The notes beneath the pieces were generated by a model that searched no databases, was not told the origin of the DNA, and saw nothing but the letters and a program-made list of their open reading frames with translations. A stretch of DNA of 64,000 bases. It comes from Octopus vulgaris. Its lineage: Eukaryota. Position 1 is the first letter of the stretch; the number at the start of each line of letters is the position of its first letter. Position numbers and translations under genes: made by a program. Location: positions 74,338,001 through 74,402,000 of the forward strand of contig OX597826.1 in NCBI GenBank assembly GCA_951406725.2, written 5' to 3'. Of this stretch, positions 1-12,632 are shown one piece after another.

Positions 1-585
1 GATTGGTTGTAATTGAATATAAGAATCACGTGGCCATAGAAGTCAACTGCTCTGAAGGCGCGAACATTTCTTCTATATCTAGTGAAGGAGAAAATATCTT
101 TGGTCAATTGCTTCGAATATTGCATCCTTTCTAACCAGATTATAAATTCACATTCATACCAATTAGTTTTTATGCTCTTCGCTATGTTGATAGATACGGA
201 AAGCTAATGTTTATAGATAAAGAAACTGATCCTCTAACACTCGATTTACAAATATAATCTGTAAGCGGAACATAAAAAATATGTTAGATTTTTGAAAGTT
301 TAGCACGTAACACAGACCCTTTTGTTCTGAATTGCAGCGTTTGAAGTTTGCTTCTTTATTAGAAACCTTCATATAGAAACACTTCAAATAACTAGAAAAG
401 AAACATACATGCATGCATGCGTACACGAAAATCCGACTGATGCCTAAATCTTGCAGAAGATCTTTAATTCTGGATTAGAAGACAGCACTTTGTGTACGGG
501 TGAAATTTTTGGAGTAAAACCACAAGAATACACACATACACATATGTACAAAATATACATAAAATAATTCTTTCAAAGTTTAGTA

Positions 586-720
586 CAAGGCCAGTAATTT
601 TGTGCGGTAGGGAAACTCGATTACATCGACCCCAGAATTTGAACTCAGAAAGTAAAGAACCGAAAGAAATGTCGCTATGCGTTTTGTCCGGCGCATAAAC
701 GATCCTGCCAGCTCGACGCC
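586..720 (-). mobile_element. tRNA-derived SINE family A, internally deleted copy
   Basis: Reverse complement of the family head GGCG(G/T)CGAGCTGGCAG...GAGTTCAAATTC, which recurs many times in the window. Confidence 0.8.
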
Positions 721-721
721 T

Positions 722-1127
722 TACTCTTTTACTTGTTTCAGTCATTTGACTGCGGCCATGCTGGAGCACCGCCTTTAGTCGAGCAAATCTACCCCAGGAC
801 TTATTCTTTGTAAGCCTAGTACTTATTCTATCGGCCACTTTTGCCGAATCGCTAAGTTACGGGAGACGTAAACACACCAGCATCGGTTGTCAAGCAATGT
901 TGGGGGGACGAACACAGACACACAAACATATACACACACACACATATATATATATATACATATATATGACGGGCTTCTTTCAGTTTCCGTCTACCAAACC
1001 CACTCACAAGGCTTTGGTCGGCCCGAGGCTATAGTAGAAGACACCTGCCCAAGGTGCCACGCAGTGGGACTGAACCCGGTACTATGTGTTTGGTAAGCAA
1101 GCTACTTACCACACAGCCACTCCTGCA
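722..1127 (-). mobile_element. tRNA-derived SINE family B (CORE-like central motif), near full length
   Basis: Minus strand reads GCAGGAGTGGCTGTGTGGTAAG (A box)...GGTTCAGTCCC (B box)...ACCTTGGGCAGGTGTCTTCTACTATAGCC, then an internal (TG)n and an A-rich tail; many homologues in the window. Confidence 0.85.
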
Positions 1128-1264
1128 CTTTAATAATATAAATACAATAATAGAAGCCATTTTGTTTTTGGCTTGGAAATATAAAGAGAAAATGTAAGCT
1201 GGGGACACGCATGTATGTACACATACATACACATACACATCCATACAAAACACACACACACACA

Positions 1265-1321
<57 letters not shown>

Positions 1322-1559
1322 CAAAAAAGCAATTGTCAACATAAACAAAGCTACAAACAGTTTCTGTGGGAAGAAATTTATAAAACTGAAATAAGAGAAA
1401 ATCGGTGACGAATAAGAAAATAAATAGAAGGAAACCAATATGAAAAAAAAATCAAAACAATATAATGGAGGAGCAGCCTGGAAACCCAACATTTCTTTAA
1501 TATGGGCAAGTGCCCCTGTTGCAGCTGTAGCCTGCAGATGACAGAAGTGGGTATCAGTT

Positions 1560-1612
<53 letters not shown>

Positions 1613-1617
1613 GCATA

Positions 1618-2565
1618 AGGCCGTCGCTAAGTTTCTGATTTCAAATTCCGCCGAGGTCGACTTTGCCTTTCATCCTTTCGGTGTCGATAAATTAAGTACC
1701 AGTTGCGAACTGGGGTCGATCTACTCGACTGGCCCCCTCCTCCAACATTTCGGGCCTTGTGCCTAGAGTAGGAAAGATTATTATTATTGCGGTGAGTTTG
1801 CACGCTGGGCGAAATGCTTAGCGGTATCTCGTCTGCCGTTACGTTCTGAGTTCAAATTCCGCCGAGGTCGACTTTGCCTTTCATCCTTAAAAGGTTGATT
1901 AAATAAGTACTAGTTACGCACTGGGGTCGATGTAATCGACTTAATCCGTTTGTCTGTCCTTGTTTCTCCCCTCTGTGTTTAGTCCCTTGTGGGTAGTAAA
2001 GAAATAGGTATTTCGTCTGTCTTCGTATTCTGAGTTCAAATTCCACCGAAGTCGACTTTGCCTTTCATCCTTTCGGGGTCGATAAACTAAGTACCAGTTA
2101 CGCACTGGCGTCGATGTAATCGACTGGCCTCCTTCCCCAAAAGGTTGGGCCTTGTGCCCTCAGTAGAAAGGATCATTATTATTATTAAGACGGCAAGATG
2201 GCAGAAAGGTTAGCACACCGGCCGAAATGCTTAGCGGTATTTTGCCGTTCGCTACATTCTGAGTTCAAAGACCGCAGTTGTCGACTTTGTCGTTTATCCT
2301 TTCGGGGTCGATAAATCAAGTATCAGTTAAAACACTGGGGTCAATGTAATCGAGTAGTACTCTCCCCCAAAATTTCAGGCATTGTGCCTACAGTAGAAAG
2401 GATTATTATTGTTGTTATCACGGCGGCTATCTTGTAGAATCATTAGCACACCGGACTAAATGCTTAGCGGCATTTCATCCGTCTTTACGTTCTGAGTTCA
2501 AATTTCTCCGAGGTCGGACTAATCCACGTCACCGAAATTGCTGGCCTTGTGCCAAAATTTAAAAT
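1618..2565 (+). mobile_element. Cluster of four family-A SINEs (one a dimer) separated by (TTA)n
   Basis: Repeated GAGTTCAAATTCCGCCGAGGTCGACTTTGCCTTTCATCCTTTCGGGGTCGATAAA...AGTACCAG core, resembling the MetaSINE central domain. Confidence 0.85.
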
Positions 2566-2717
2566 CATCATTATTGTTGTTGTTGTTACAGATGTTATTC
2601 GTGTCGAAATCACCAGCATTAACACCGGAGCCGTGACTAGAGGCTGGTTGTTACACGGACCCTCTTTCGCCACGCCCTTCTTCCCTCTCCCAAAGCTCTC
2701 ACACACTCAGCCTCTGA

Positions 2718-2779
2718 TGACGTCACAAACCCCCCTCTCTTCTGACAGTTAGTCACGTGTTAATCACGTGGTCTGTCAG
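2718..2779. promoter_or_regulatory. Candidate enhancer: CRE plus tandem E-boxes flanked by inverted TGACAG sites
   Basis: TGACGTCA 2718-2725; CTGACAG 2742-2748; CACGTG 2754-2759 and 2765-2770; CTGTCAG 2773-2779; context not repeated elsewhere in the window. Confidence 0.35.
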
Positions 2780-3077
2780 TTCTGCAATGCCTTCAGGTTG
2801 GTCTATCAGTGGAGGTAAATGTTGTAAATTCTCACGGGAATTAAACATTTGTTACTCCCGGTTATCTTGATATCGGTCGATTCCATTCACAACGGCGATA
2901 CTCAATGTTTATACATGTGCACCACCAACGAATAACTGACATTTCTCTATGGTCTAGCTAGCTACAAACATGCATACATACATACATACATACATACATA
3001 CATACATACATACACACACACACAGAGATAGAGAGATAGATTATGCACTATAGGTACATAGCATATCTAGTATTTTA

Positions 3078-3126
<49 letters not shown>

Positions 3127-3880
3127 TGTACTTTAAACAGTTCGGCAAAAGAGGCCGATAGAATAACTACTATGCTTACAAAGAATAAGTCCTAGGGTCG
3201 ATTTGTTCGACTAAAGGCGGTGCTCCAGCATGGCCACAGTCACATGACTGAAACAAGTAAAAGAGTATCTCTACTGAAAGGTATGGTGTGGTCGAGGTTT
3301 CTGCAGGTCCTTCCCAATCAATGTTATTATGTTAACGTACTACTTAAACTATTGCAAGTTGACATCGTCGTCGTCGTCGAGTCATCATCATCATCATCCT
3401 CGTCGTCGTCGTCATCATCATCATCATCATCATCATCACCATCATCATCATTTATGTTCCATGCTGGCATGTGTTGAGCGATTTGGAAGGAACCGAGGGC
3501 CCGAAGACAGCATCGCACTCCAGTGTCTACTACGGCATGGTTTCTCACGACTGGATGCCATTCGTAATAACAACCACGTATAAGGATGACGATTCCAGAA
3601 GGCCGGTGTCCCGATGAGGAAGGAATGGATGTAGGGGTTAGTGAGAGATTGGAGGCGGGTGGACATAAGGGTGATGAGAAGAAGGGAGACTGGTCATGAA
3701 TGCCGGAATGGAATTAGGACGAAAGAAATCTGCTGGAGGATGGTAATGATTTAATGGCCTATCAATGAATGTGGTTTAGGATATACGTGTGCACAACAGC
3801 AACCGCAGCCCAAAATGTGAGGCGGGTTTACCCCGGGTTTTGTAGAGAGTAATTGTTTGGGACTTAATTATTTTCTAAAT

Positions 3881-4183
3881 CAGGGATTCTCATCCGGTGT
3901 CCATATGGCCCCTGAGTTGTTTGGGGGTTCATGAAAGCTAAATAGTAAATAGGGGTCCATGGTAGTTATTTCAAGTGTCCATGGAAACATTTTGCAATAA
4001 TTAATTGCAAGAAACAGCTGGGTTTCTTTCTCTAACATTTTACGTAATTCAGCCTACACAAATTAATGAGTGAAAAGCAAAATAGGTCTCTATAAAACTA
4101 AACATCGAATGGAAATAGGGGTCCACCAGAATAAAATGGTAATCAAAGGGGCCCATAGATAAAAGAATGGTTGAGCACCTCTG
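3881..4183. mobile_element. hAT-type MITE
   Basis: Termini CAGGGATTCTCA...TGAGCACCTCTG; imperfect 8-bp TSD TTCTAAAT/CCCTAAAT; homologous to 49502-49765. Confidence 0.75.
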
Positions 4184-4675
4184 CCCTAAATGCAAAGGAG
4201 CAGTCTTTGAGATACAGTCTTAGCTATGTTTCTAGAAGCGTAGCGTGCTATTCATACTTAAAGATGTAAGGTGTGATGAGGTTAAATGTGTTGTAAATCC
4301 CTACGCTGCACGTAGGCACTACACAAACACGCACGTGAGCGCGCGCACACACACAATAATCCATGCATGGTTAGAGTCAATTATTACAGCTTACATGATT
4401 AGAGGTATGTAGCAAGGATGGTTCACCTCAGTTGACCTTTCATCTCAGATGATTTAGCTTCCATTCCTGACAACTACGAGGGCTGTGTAATGTGGCGTGT
4501 CACCCAAAACACAGGCAAACTCGCATGACAATAGGTAACTAGTTTAATATCTAATCTACTAAATCTTGTTGTTTTTAAATAAACACATGCATACATACAT
4601 ACATACATACATACATACATACATACATACATACATACATACATACATACATACATGCATACATACATACATACA

Positions 4676-4850
4676 GGCTTCTGAAAACCAGAAAGGAGAA
4701 AGCTAATTCGAAGACTACAGATCCAATCCATCACTGGAACTGTAAAATATGTAAAACTTTCCAGAAGTTTATCATTTAAACATATATGAGCAAGTCTAGA
4801 AATGCAACTATATGCATGAGAATACATACATAAAACATATGAATTTGCAT
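4676..4850 (+). mobile_element. 3' end of an RLE-type (R4/NeSL-like) LINE inserted in (TACA)n
   Basis: Encodes KPERRKLIRRLQIQSITGTVK; flanked by TACA/CATA repeats; same family as 60470-60820 (minus). Confidence 0.65.
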
Positions 4851-5019
4851 ATACATACATGCATACACATACATACATATATGTACATACATACATATAT
4901 ATATGTATATATATATATACACACGTATAAATATACACACACATATAGTATACATTCTATTCTTTAATGCATTTCAGCCTTAAAGGCTGTGCCCAAGCTG
5001 GAACACCGCTAGATTGCTA

Positions 5020-5660
5020 GAGTCCATTCCGATGTGGTTAGTTTTTGGTAAATTAAGGAGTTTAATATAGCTGCCCTCGTCCGAGTTTCTTACATGATGT
5101 AAGTTCGTCAGCAGAAGGTCAAGGGGCTTCTTGAAAACGCCAGTCCCCACTCTCAAACTTTTTAGCAAGATTTTAAATTACGGTGGATCTTTGAATTCCA
5201 AAATATTTCAGTACCTGGTCCTTAATCTTGACGGGATGGATGGAAACTGTGGAATAATGCAGCAGCGTCTTGTTCTGGGACAGGTATAACTCTCGATGTC
5301 AAAGTTTGGTGCCAGACCCCTGGGATCTTCCGCGTGTCTATCACTGCATATTTCTTCCGTCTTGGGTCCAGTGCGTAGAGTTGCAATTCTTCCAGTCCCT
5401 CCCAGTAACTCATGTGTTTCACAGGTGTAAGCTTCTTGGTATAGTACCACTGAACTGTCTTAGGTTCCAGTATTAAATTAACACTGTGGATTGGCCATTG
5501 TTAAGAGCAGCAGTCCGACAACTGACGACAAATGTCCCCTATAGGACCAGCATAGTTTCCTGGTTTCTTGTCCTGAAAGTTCTCAGATTCCATCCGAGCA
5601 TTTGCCTGCACATTGCCACCATCTTTATGATATGCAGATGAAATGATGCATAGTTGCTCA
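5020..5660 (-). mobile_element. Decayed CR1/L2-like LINE ORF2 C-terminus
   Basis: ORF 5222-5422 MSYWEGLEELQLYALDPRRKKY resembles the SYxERLxxLxLxSLExRR motif downstream of RT; frameshifted. Confidence 0.65.
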
Positions 5661-6253
5661 AGTGTGTGTGCGTGTGTGAGTGCGTGTGTGTGAGTGCGTG
5701 TGTGTGAGTGTGTGTGTGTGCATTTGTGAGTGTCGTGCACGTCTGTGCAAAATAGCAAAGCTAGCACGTTGTATAACGAAATTTGTTAAAACGAAATTTG
5801 TCCAGAAAATGTAAAAAATAGAATCTAAAAGAATAAAAAAAAAATAATAATAATAATATGTCCTTTGTGTTTTTGTAAATAAGAAGTTTCTGGAAATTAT
5901 TTATTTAGAGTAAATTCTGAGATTTAATATCCCTTCTCTCACATGACTCTCCAATCCCATTTTAGGTGAGGAAAATGGGTTGGAACTGAAGAGTGTTATT
6001 TTAGAGAATTTGATTTATAGGATCAACGATCACATTTCGGCCATGACATGAAAAAACATCAACAAGTGGAGATAGGAGGAATTCAATTATGGATATATAA
6101 ACATTATTCTCTGTTGATGCTAACAAATTAGGTGTAATTGATTCCTTTATTGAAGGGTTTCAATCTATCAACTGATTTATGTGTTGTTTCATCGAAATGT
6201 TTAGCCTATAAAGTTTATATTAATATTTTACAGCACTTCGAATTCAGTCTGTC

Positions 6254-6351
<98 letters not shown>

Positions 6352-6439
6352 AACCAGCTTGGAGAAGAAGAAGAAACGAAACGAAACGAAACGAAACGAA
6401 TCGAATCGAATCGACGCGAGGGCGCTCAGTCATACAATA

Positions 6440-6682
6440 GTGCAAAGGAATTTTATTTAATTCTTTCGCAGGAAGGACTTGTTCGACGAATCGTGTTCTG
6501 TCCTCACCTTCGAAACACGCTGGAGTTGAACTAGGGACAGCTGATGAAGGGGATTTTTCCTTGTGTAGTTGTCTTGTACTCTGTTTTTTCGTTGTTAAAA
6601 AAATGGTCCGTTCCATGCTTGTTTTTACTTTTTCGTTTCTCGTTGAGTTCTACGTCTATTTGTGGTGTCCTGTACTCACGTA
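6440..6682 (+). mobile_element. 5'-truncated copy of the TA-embedded repeat carrying the permuted hammerhead
   Basis: Homologous to about 14245-14490 and 38965-39203; ends in a (TA)-rich tract. Confidence 0.75.
6492..6552 (+). ncRNA. Putative hammerhead ribozyme with non-canonical strand order C-B-A (copy 1, all core nucleotides intact)
   Basis: CGTG-TT-CTGTCCT / CAC / CTTC-GAAA-CACG / linker / GGGACAG-CTGATGA-AGGGG; stem III CGTG:CACG, stem I CTGTCCT:GGGACAG, weak stem II. Confidence 0.6.
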
Positions 6683-6791
6683 TATATATTTATATATGCA
6701 TGTATATATACATGTAGATATAGGTACGTACATATATGTTTGTATGTATGCATATATTTTATTTATTACACACACACACACACACACACAC

Positions 6792-6862
<71 letters not shown>

Positions 6863-7582
6863 GTTAGTGCATAATCATTGCGGCTTTTTAAACAAATTTT
6901 ATTGAGCAAAACCAATAACAACATGTAACAAAACATTTTTAAATGATTATTCCGGGGCATATTCTCTATCTACTTCAACATGAACACGTAACATAATATA
7001 GAACGCTATTACCCATATCATTAATACCAGTAATTGCCATACATTCCATACACCATTCATATTACAGTAAAGATGGGCGTCTTTCGGTTTCCGTCTATCA
7101 AATCCACTTACAAGGTTTTGGTTGGCCCGAGGCTGTAGTAGAAGACCAAGGTGCCACGCAATGGGACTGAACCCAGACTCATGTTGTTGGGAAGCAAGCT
7201 TCTTACCACACAGCCACTCGGTGTCACAGTATTGATCAGACTATCGGATGTTGATGCATACCGATGACCACAGTGCACTTTTTCGAATTGTTGTATTTTT
7301 CGAATAATGCCATTGCAATGGCTTGGCGTACAGGGCCCCCACCTCCGAACGGAACGCCATTTAGTTGCAGGGTTAATCATTTACAGCTGAGTGAACAGGA
7401 GTAACGTGAAGTGAAGTGTTTTGCATAAGAACAAATGCATGCCGCCTTGGGAATCGAAACCGCAATGGAAGGGCTCTTTAGTCTGCTAATCAATTTGGGA
7501 TTAACCTAATCCTCTTAGTTTTATTCTTTCTAAGGAATTTATCTTCCCTCGTCGTCTCAGGTGGAATATGGGTCAAATGTAG

Positions 7583-7643
7583 GTATTAGCCCCTGGCTGA
7601 AACTGAAATCACGCTTTCACGAATTTCATACCGAAACCGCAAC

Positions 7644-7711
<68 letters not shown>

Positions 7712-7730
7712 CACACATATACATATACAT

Positions 7731-7810
<80 letters not shown>

Positions 7811-8590
7811 ATGTGGAGGCACATGGCCTAGTGGTTAGAGCAGCGTAACACCTAAGATCCACGCGGCTCCGGCTGAAGGTAATGACGAACTTCTGCTGAC
7901 TCTTTCGCCACAACTTTCTCTCACTCTTTCCTCCTGCATCTTGCAGCTCACTTGCGATGGACCGGTGTGGTAACGATTCTGTCAATTAGTCGCTTGTATA
8001 TACTAAGTTGATATTGCAAATTGGTGAGAGAATTGAAGCATTTTAACTGCACTAGGTCCAACAATCCGACCATAGAATTCAGCTTTGAAAACCACGTCCC
8101 TATAAGAATTAACGAAGGTGACTTTTCGATGGCTTAATCAGAAGATGGAAGGCAGTGACCGACAATGGTGAGTAGGAAGAGAAAAATTATCCTCAGATCA
8201 GAGATTTGACCCGATTGCACGCACCAGAGTGGACTCAAATAAAGACGTCCATTGTGTAGAGTGTAGCGTTAAACCGAGACTGTGAAAATATGATCTAACA
8301 TAAACATTAACGCACACACTGACGCAATGTCATAACCGGACGGAATATGCTTAGTATGTGACTGTACATACACTGGCCTAGTGTCAAGTTATGACATGAC
8401 TAAGATATAATTCAGGTATTATACTGTATCAAATTATAGCAGTAAATTATCAGCGAATATTTTTATAATAAAATAGATAATGTTTCCCTTATTTCGCTAA
8501 CGCCATTAAACGAGGCTCGAGTACTGGTATTAGCCCCTGGCTGAAACTGAAATCACGCTTTCACGAATTTCATACCGAAACCGCAACCTC

Positions 8591-8592
<2 letters not shown>
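7583..8592 (+). repeat. Pair of ~66-bp identical direct repeats (7583-7650, 8527-8592), each followed by (TA)n
   Basis: GTATTAGCCCCTGGCTGAAACTGAAATCACGCTTTCACGAATTTCATACCGAAACCGCAACCTCATAT occurs twice. Confidence 0.85.
7814..7965 (+). mobile_element. tRNA-derived SINE family C, truncated
   Basis: Head GGAGGCACATGGCCTAGTGGTTAGAGCAGCG; shares CTCTTTCGCCACAACTTTCTCTCACTC with 9992-10272. Confidence 0.7.
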
Positions 8593-8649
<57 letters not shown>

Positions 8650-8802
8650 CTCACACACATGCATATACATATGTGAGTATATACATATATTTATGTACAT
8701 ATATGTATATCTATGTATATGTGTACGTATATATATGTGTGTGTGTGTGTTTGTGTGTGTTTGTGTGTGTGTGTGTCTGTATACACGCACACACGCGTGC
8801 GC

Positions 8803-8835
<33 letters not shown>

Positions 8836-8934
8836 GCGGATTTTCTCTAATTTATATATATTATATACTTATATTGTGAAATTTGATTTAATACTAAATT
8901 GAATTTTTCCCTGTAAGTTTGGAGTTATACTCCC

Positions 8935-9004
<70 letters not shown>

Positions 9005-9040
9005 TATATAAACTCACACGAAGCAGCACTGGATAAAATA

Positions 9041-9238
9041 TATTCGTGTAAAGTCATACTTAACGCGTTCTTGTGCATTCGGACGTGGGAAGTCCTTTCG
9101 CTATGGAAATAGTCTCTGGAAAGAATTCTCAGCCTAGACGACATGTCTGAAAAGGCATCGCGTTGTGAGGGACGTTACTCATAGGACGATGCGTTTTCTC
9201 ATGTGTAGAAGGAATGTGTTAAACATGATTTTACACGA

Positions 9239-9241
<3 letters not shown>
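9041..9241. mobile_element. Small TIR element (MITE)
   Basis: TATTCGTGTAAAGTCATACTTAAC...GTTAAACATGATTTTACACGAATA inverted termini, TA-flanked. Confidence 0.65.
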
Positions 9242-9294
<53 letters not shown>

Positions 9295-9991
9295 GTATAA
9301 CAGCACCGAATTATCCTATGATATGGAAGGTAAGGTACTTTTATCTTAGAATATTTAGCTGAACACCAAGAATACGATCTGAGATACGAGACACTGTTAA
9401 ACAGATATATTATTTATGTTAATCTGGAAACTCATTTGACAAAATCAGTATCTTGCCTTGGATATCAGAAAAATGTCATTAACATTTACTGAAACTCTGG
9501 CTAGAGGGCGCCATCAGTATTTATTTTGTAACTTACAGAAAGCTATTGGAGACTGTCCGGACGAATCGATTTGAAGAGGAATATTTACGTCGCGACGGCC
9601 GGAAGAGTTGATGTCTAGATTCATTCTCGGGTGCGGGGGGCGGCGTTGAGTGATGCTGGAGACATTAAGATTTCAAAGGAAGGAAGAATTATCTTGATCA
9701 ATATCACCGACAGAAAATATTTTCTTTTCTCTTTAATTTAAAGGGGGTGGGAAGTGGATTTTGAAAACAGAATAAAAATGAGTGGAACGGTTGTTATCAA
9801 TAGCTTATTTTCAATGGATAATTAGAGACAGCGATTGAGAGAATCTATTGTAATAATCGTTTCTCCGATCTCCTGCAGTGATACCCGTTGATATAAATAG
9901 AGTGAAGGAATCTTTACACATAGCGAGATTAATCTCTTCAGAATCGTATATTATATAGATTGAAATTTACAGGATAGTAATATAGTGATAG

Positions 9992-10272
9992 TGGAGGCGC
10001 AATGGCCTAGTGGTTAGGGCAGCGGACTCGCGGTCGGAGGATCGCGGTTTCGATTCCCAGGCTGGTCGTTGTGTGTGTTTATTGAGCGAAAACACCTAAA
10101 AGCTCCACGAGGCTCCGGCAGGGGGTGGGGTGGCGACCCCTGTTGTACTCTTTCGCCACAACTTTCCCTCACTATCTCTTCCTGTTTCTTGAGTAACGCT
10201 GCGATGGACTGGAGTCCCGACCAGCTGGGGGGAACACATATGCCACAGAAACCGGCTTGAAAGGGCGAAAAA
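9992..10272 (+). mobile_element. tRNA-derived SINE family C, full length
   Basis: GGAGGCGCAATGGCCTAGTGGTTAGGGCAGCGGACTCGCGGTCGGAGGATCGCGGTTTCGATTCCC head (A and B boxes); probable TSD AATATAGTGATA on both sides. Confidence 0.85.
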
Positions 10273-10294
10273 ATATAGTGATATATAAAATAAA

Positions 10295-10505
10295 GAGGCA
10301 AGCTGGTAGAATCGTTAGCGAGCCACGCAAAATACTTAGCGGCATTTCGTCCGTCTTTTTCGCTCTGAGTTCAAATTCCATTAAGGTCGACTTTGCCTTT
10401 CGTCGTTTCAGGGTCAATAAAATGAGTACCAGTTGAACACTGGGGTCGATGTAATAGACTATACCCCAACTAAAATTTCTGGCCTTGTGCCAAAATTTGA
10501 AACCA
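10295..10505 (+). mobile_element. SINE family A
   Basis: Family head and core present. Confidence 0.8.
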
Positions 10506-10841
10506 GTATAAGTGATATATATATATATATATATAAAGTTGCAAAAATTACAGCATATAAACGTGTCCCGTACATCATACGTGTCCGCCGGCGTTGAGTG
10601 ATGCTGGAGACATTAAGATTTCAAAGGAAGGAAGAATTATCTTGATCAATATCACCGACAGAAAATAGTTCATTAAGTTTCTTTAAAGATGATGTACAGT
10701 CTTATCACAGAATTTTAAAAATGAGTGGAACGGTTGTTATCAATAGCTTATTTTCAATGGATAATTAGAGACAGCGATTGAGAGAATCTATTGTAATAAT
10801 CGTTTCTCCGATCTCCTGCAGTGATACCCGTTGATATAAAT

Positions 10842-11062
10842 AGAGAGGGTGAATTAATCTTTGTATAGATGCACAATTTCCAATGGTGTAGGTGTAAATT
10901 TCCAAGGAATTTCATATTCACAGGCAATAAATTTATCAATGGTTGAACACAATGTGTTCAACCATTGATAAATTTATCGCCTGTGAATATGAAATTCCTT
11001 GAAATTTACACCTACACCATTGGAAATTGTGCATCTATACAAAGGATTAATTCACCCTCTCT
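10842..11062. repeat. ~220-bp near-perfect palindrome
   Basis: AGAGAGGGTGAATTAATC...TTGAACACA A TGTGTTCAA...GATTAATTCACCCTCTCT, centred at about 10951. Confidence 0.9.
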
Positions 11063-11541
11063 GTAATGCTAATAAGCAGGAATTGAAACCCACCTCGTTG
11101 TAATTAACAATGGATAAATTTGCCTTCTGTGAGTATGTAATCCCTCATCATATCTCTGGAAATTCATATGTGCACTATGGATTGGGTCACCTTCTGTGAT
11201 GCTATTAAGACTTTTTTAAAATTCAGATAAGACTGTACATCATCTTTAAAGAACTTTAATGAACTTTTGAAATCTGTTTATGTTACTTAATTATCTACAT
11301 TACTTCATGAGTATAGCCTTAACCTCTGAGTTCAAATTCCATTAAGGTGATGACTTTGCCTTTCGTCGTTTCAGGGTCAACTTTTAATGAGTACCAGTTG
11401 TATGAAACGATGTAAAACCTATCCATTCTTGTTGCTTCATTCTCCTTATAATCACCCCACATTACTGTATTGTTAAATCAGTATAGTTTTTTTTGGCCTT
11501 GGTGCAAAATTTAGGTACCATATAGTAAATATATATATATA

Positions 11542-11587
<46 letters not shown>

Positions 11588-12386
11588 TAATCGCCCTCCA
11601 ACTGCTCGGTCAAGATTAGATTTGCTGCAAGAAAGACGAAAGGTCACCCGAATATTTTTCTCCCGTTCTTGTACTCCAACACCGAGTTTACAAACTCTAT
11701 TTTCTTATCAAAATAAGAAAGAAAAACAACTTTAGAATCTTTGAGGTAGATGACTAGAGCAATGTTCTTTTTTATATAATTTCTTTTCTATTTTTTTTTT
11801 ATGTTCAAGTTATTTCTTTTTTGTTGCGTGTTGCGGGAGTTTGTTTATATACGGACTGTGTCTGCTGTAGTTTGTATATTATTCTACCTTAGCTAAATGT
11901 GTATTCAGTGCACCCACAGAGTTGTGGAGGCGACGGTAGTCGACAGAATGAAAAGATTGGGGTTAGTAACAAATAGAATAATAAGGATTTGTTCTATTTA
12001 GAACAATATAACCGCGAACGAAAGTTAAAGTTATATAGCCCCAGCATGGGCGGTGATGACGGGTTGGTGGTCTTTTATAGGTGGCAGCTTTATTGCAACA
12101 ACTGTTATGTAACAAACCAGTTGTAAGCTGAATAGAGCTGAATGTACAAGGAATGAAACTAACCAGAAGTCAAACAGTAATATAGTTACTTTATTATAGT
12201 AAATAGTTAATTATTGACATAGCCATTGTATCAATGAAGTATATTCGCAACAATACGAAAGTAGAGTCGTATGAATACGTAAGGTAGGAGTGTACGGATG
12301 TGGTTATGAGTGTGCATACATACGTGCATAAATACATACATACATACGTATATGCATATACATACATACATACATACATACATACA

Positions 12387-12449
<63 letters not shown>

Positions 12450-12454
<5 letters not shown>

Positions 12455-12632
12455 AACTGGGACAGGAACGTGAAACATTTAGAAGACGATGCAAAAAACA
12501 CGGACGGGACATTCGAAGCCTTCAATCTTCAGTCTGATCCGGTTCTTCACTGAAGATTGAAGGCTTCGAATGTCCCGTCCGTGTTTTTTGTATCGTCTTC
12601 TAAATGTTTCACGTTCTTGTCCCAGTTTGTAT
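12450..12632. repeat. Inverted repeat (84-bp arms, 15-nt spacer) of a TA-embedded PLE-like terminus
   Basis: Arms 12450-12533 and 12549-12632; the right arm is homologous to about 20467-20550. Confidence 0.85.

Noticed and set aside
9992-10065. tRNA-like sequences at SINE heads (also 23157, 40217, 61995)
   Set aside because: No acceptor stem closure, and they continue into SINE bodies; not tRNA genes
10960-11210. Diverged ~145-bp repeat that superficially suggested C2H2 zinc-finger coding
   Set aside because: Translations lack CxxC/HxxxH spacing and contain stops
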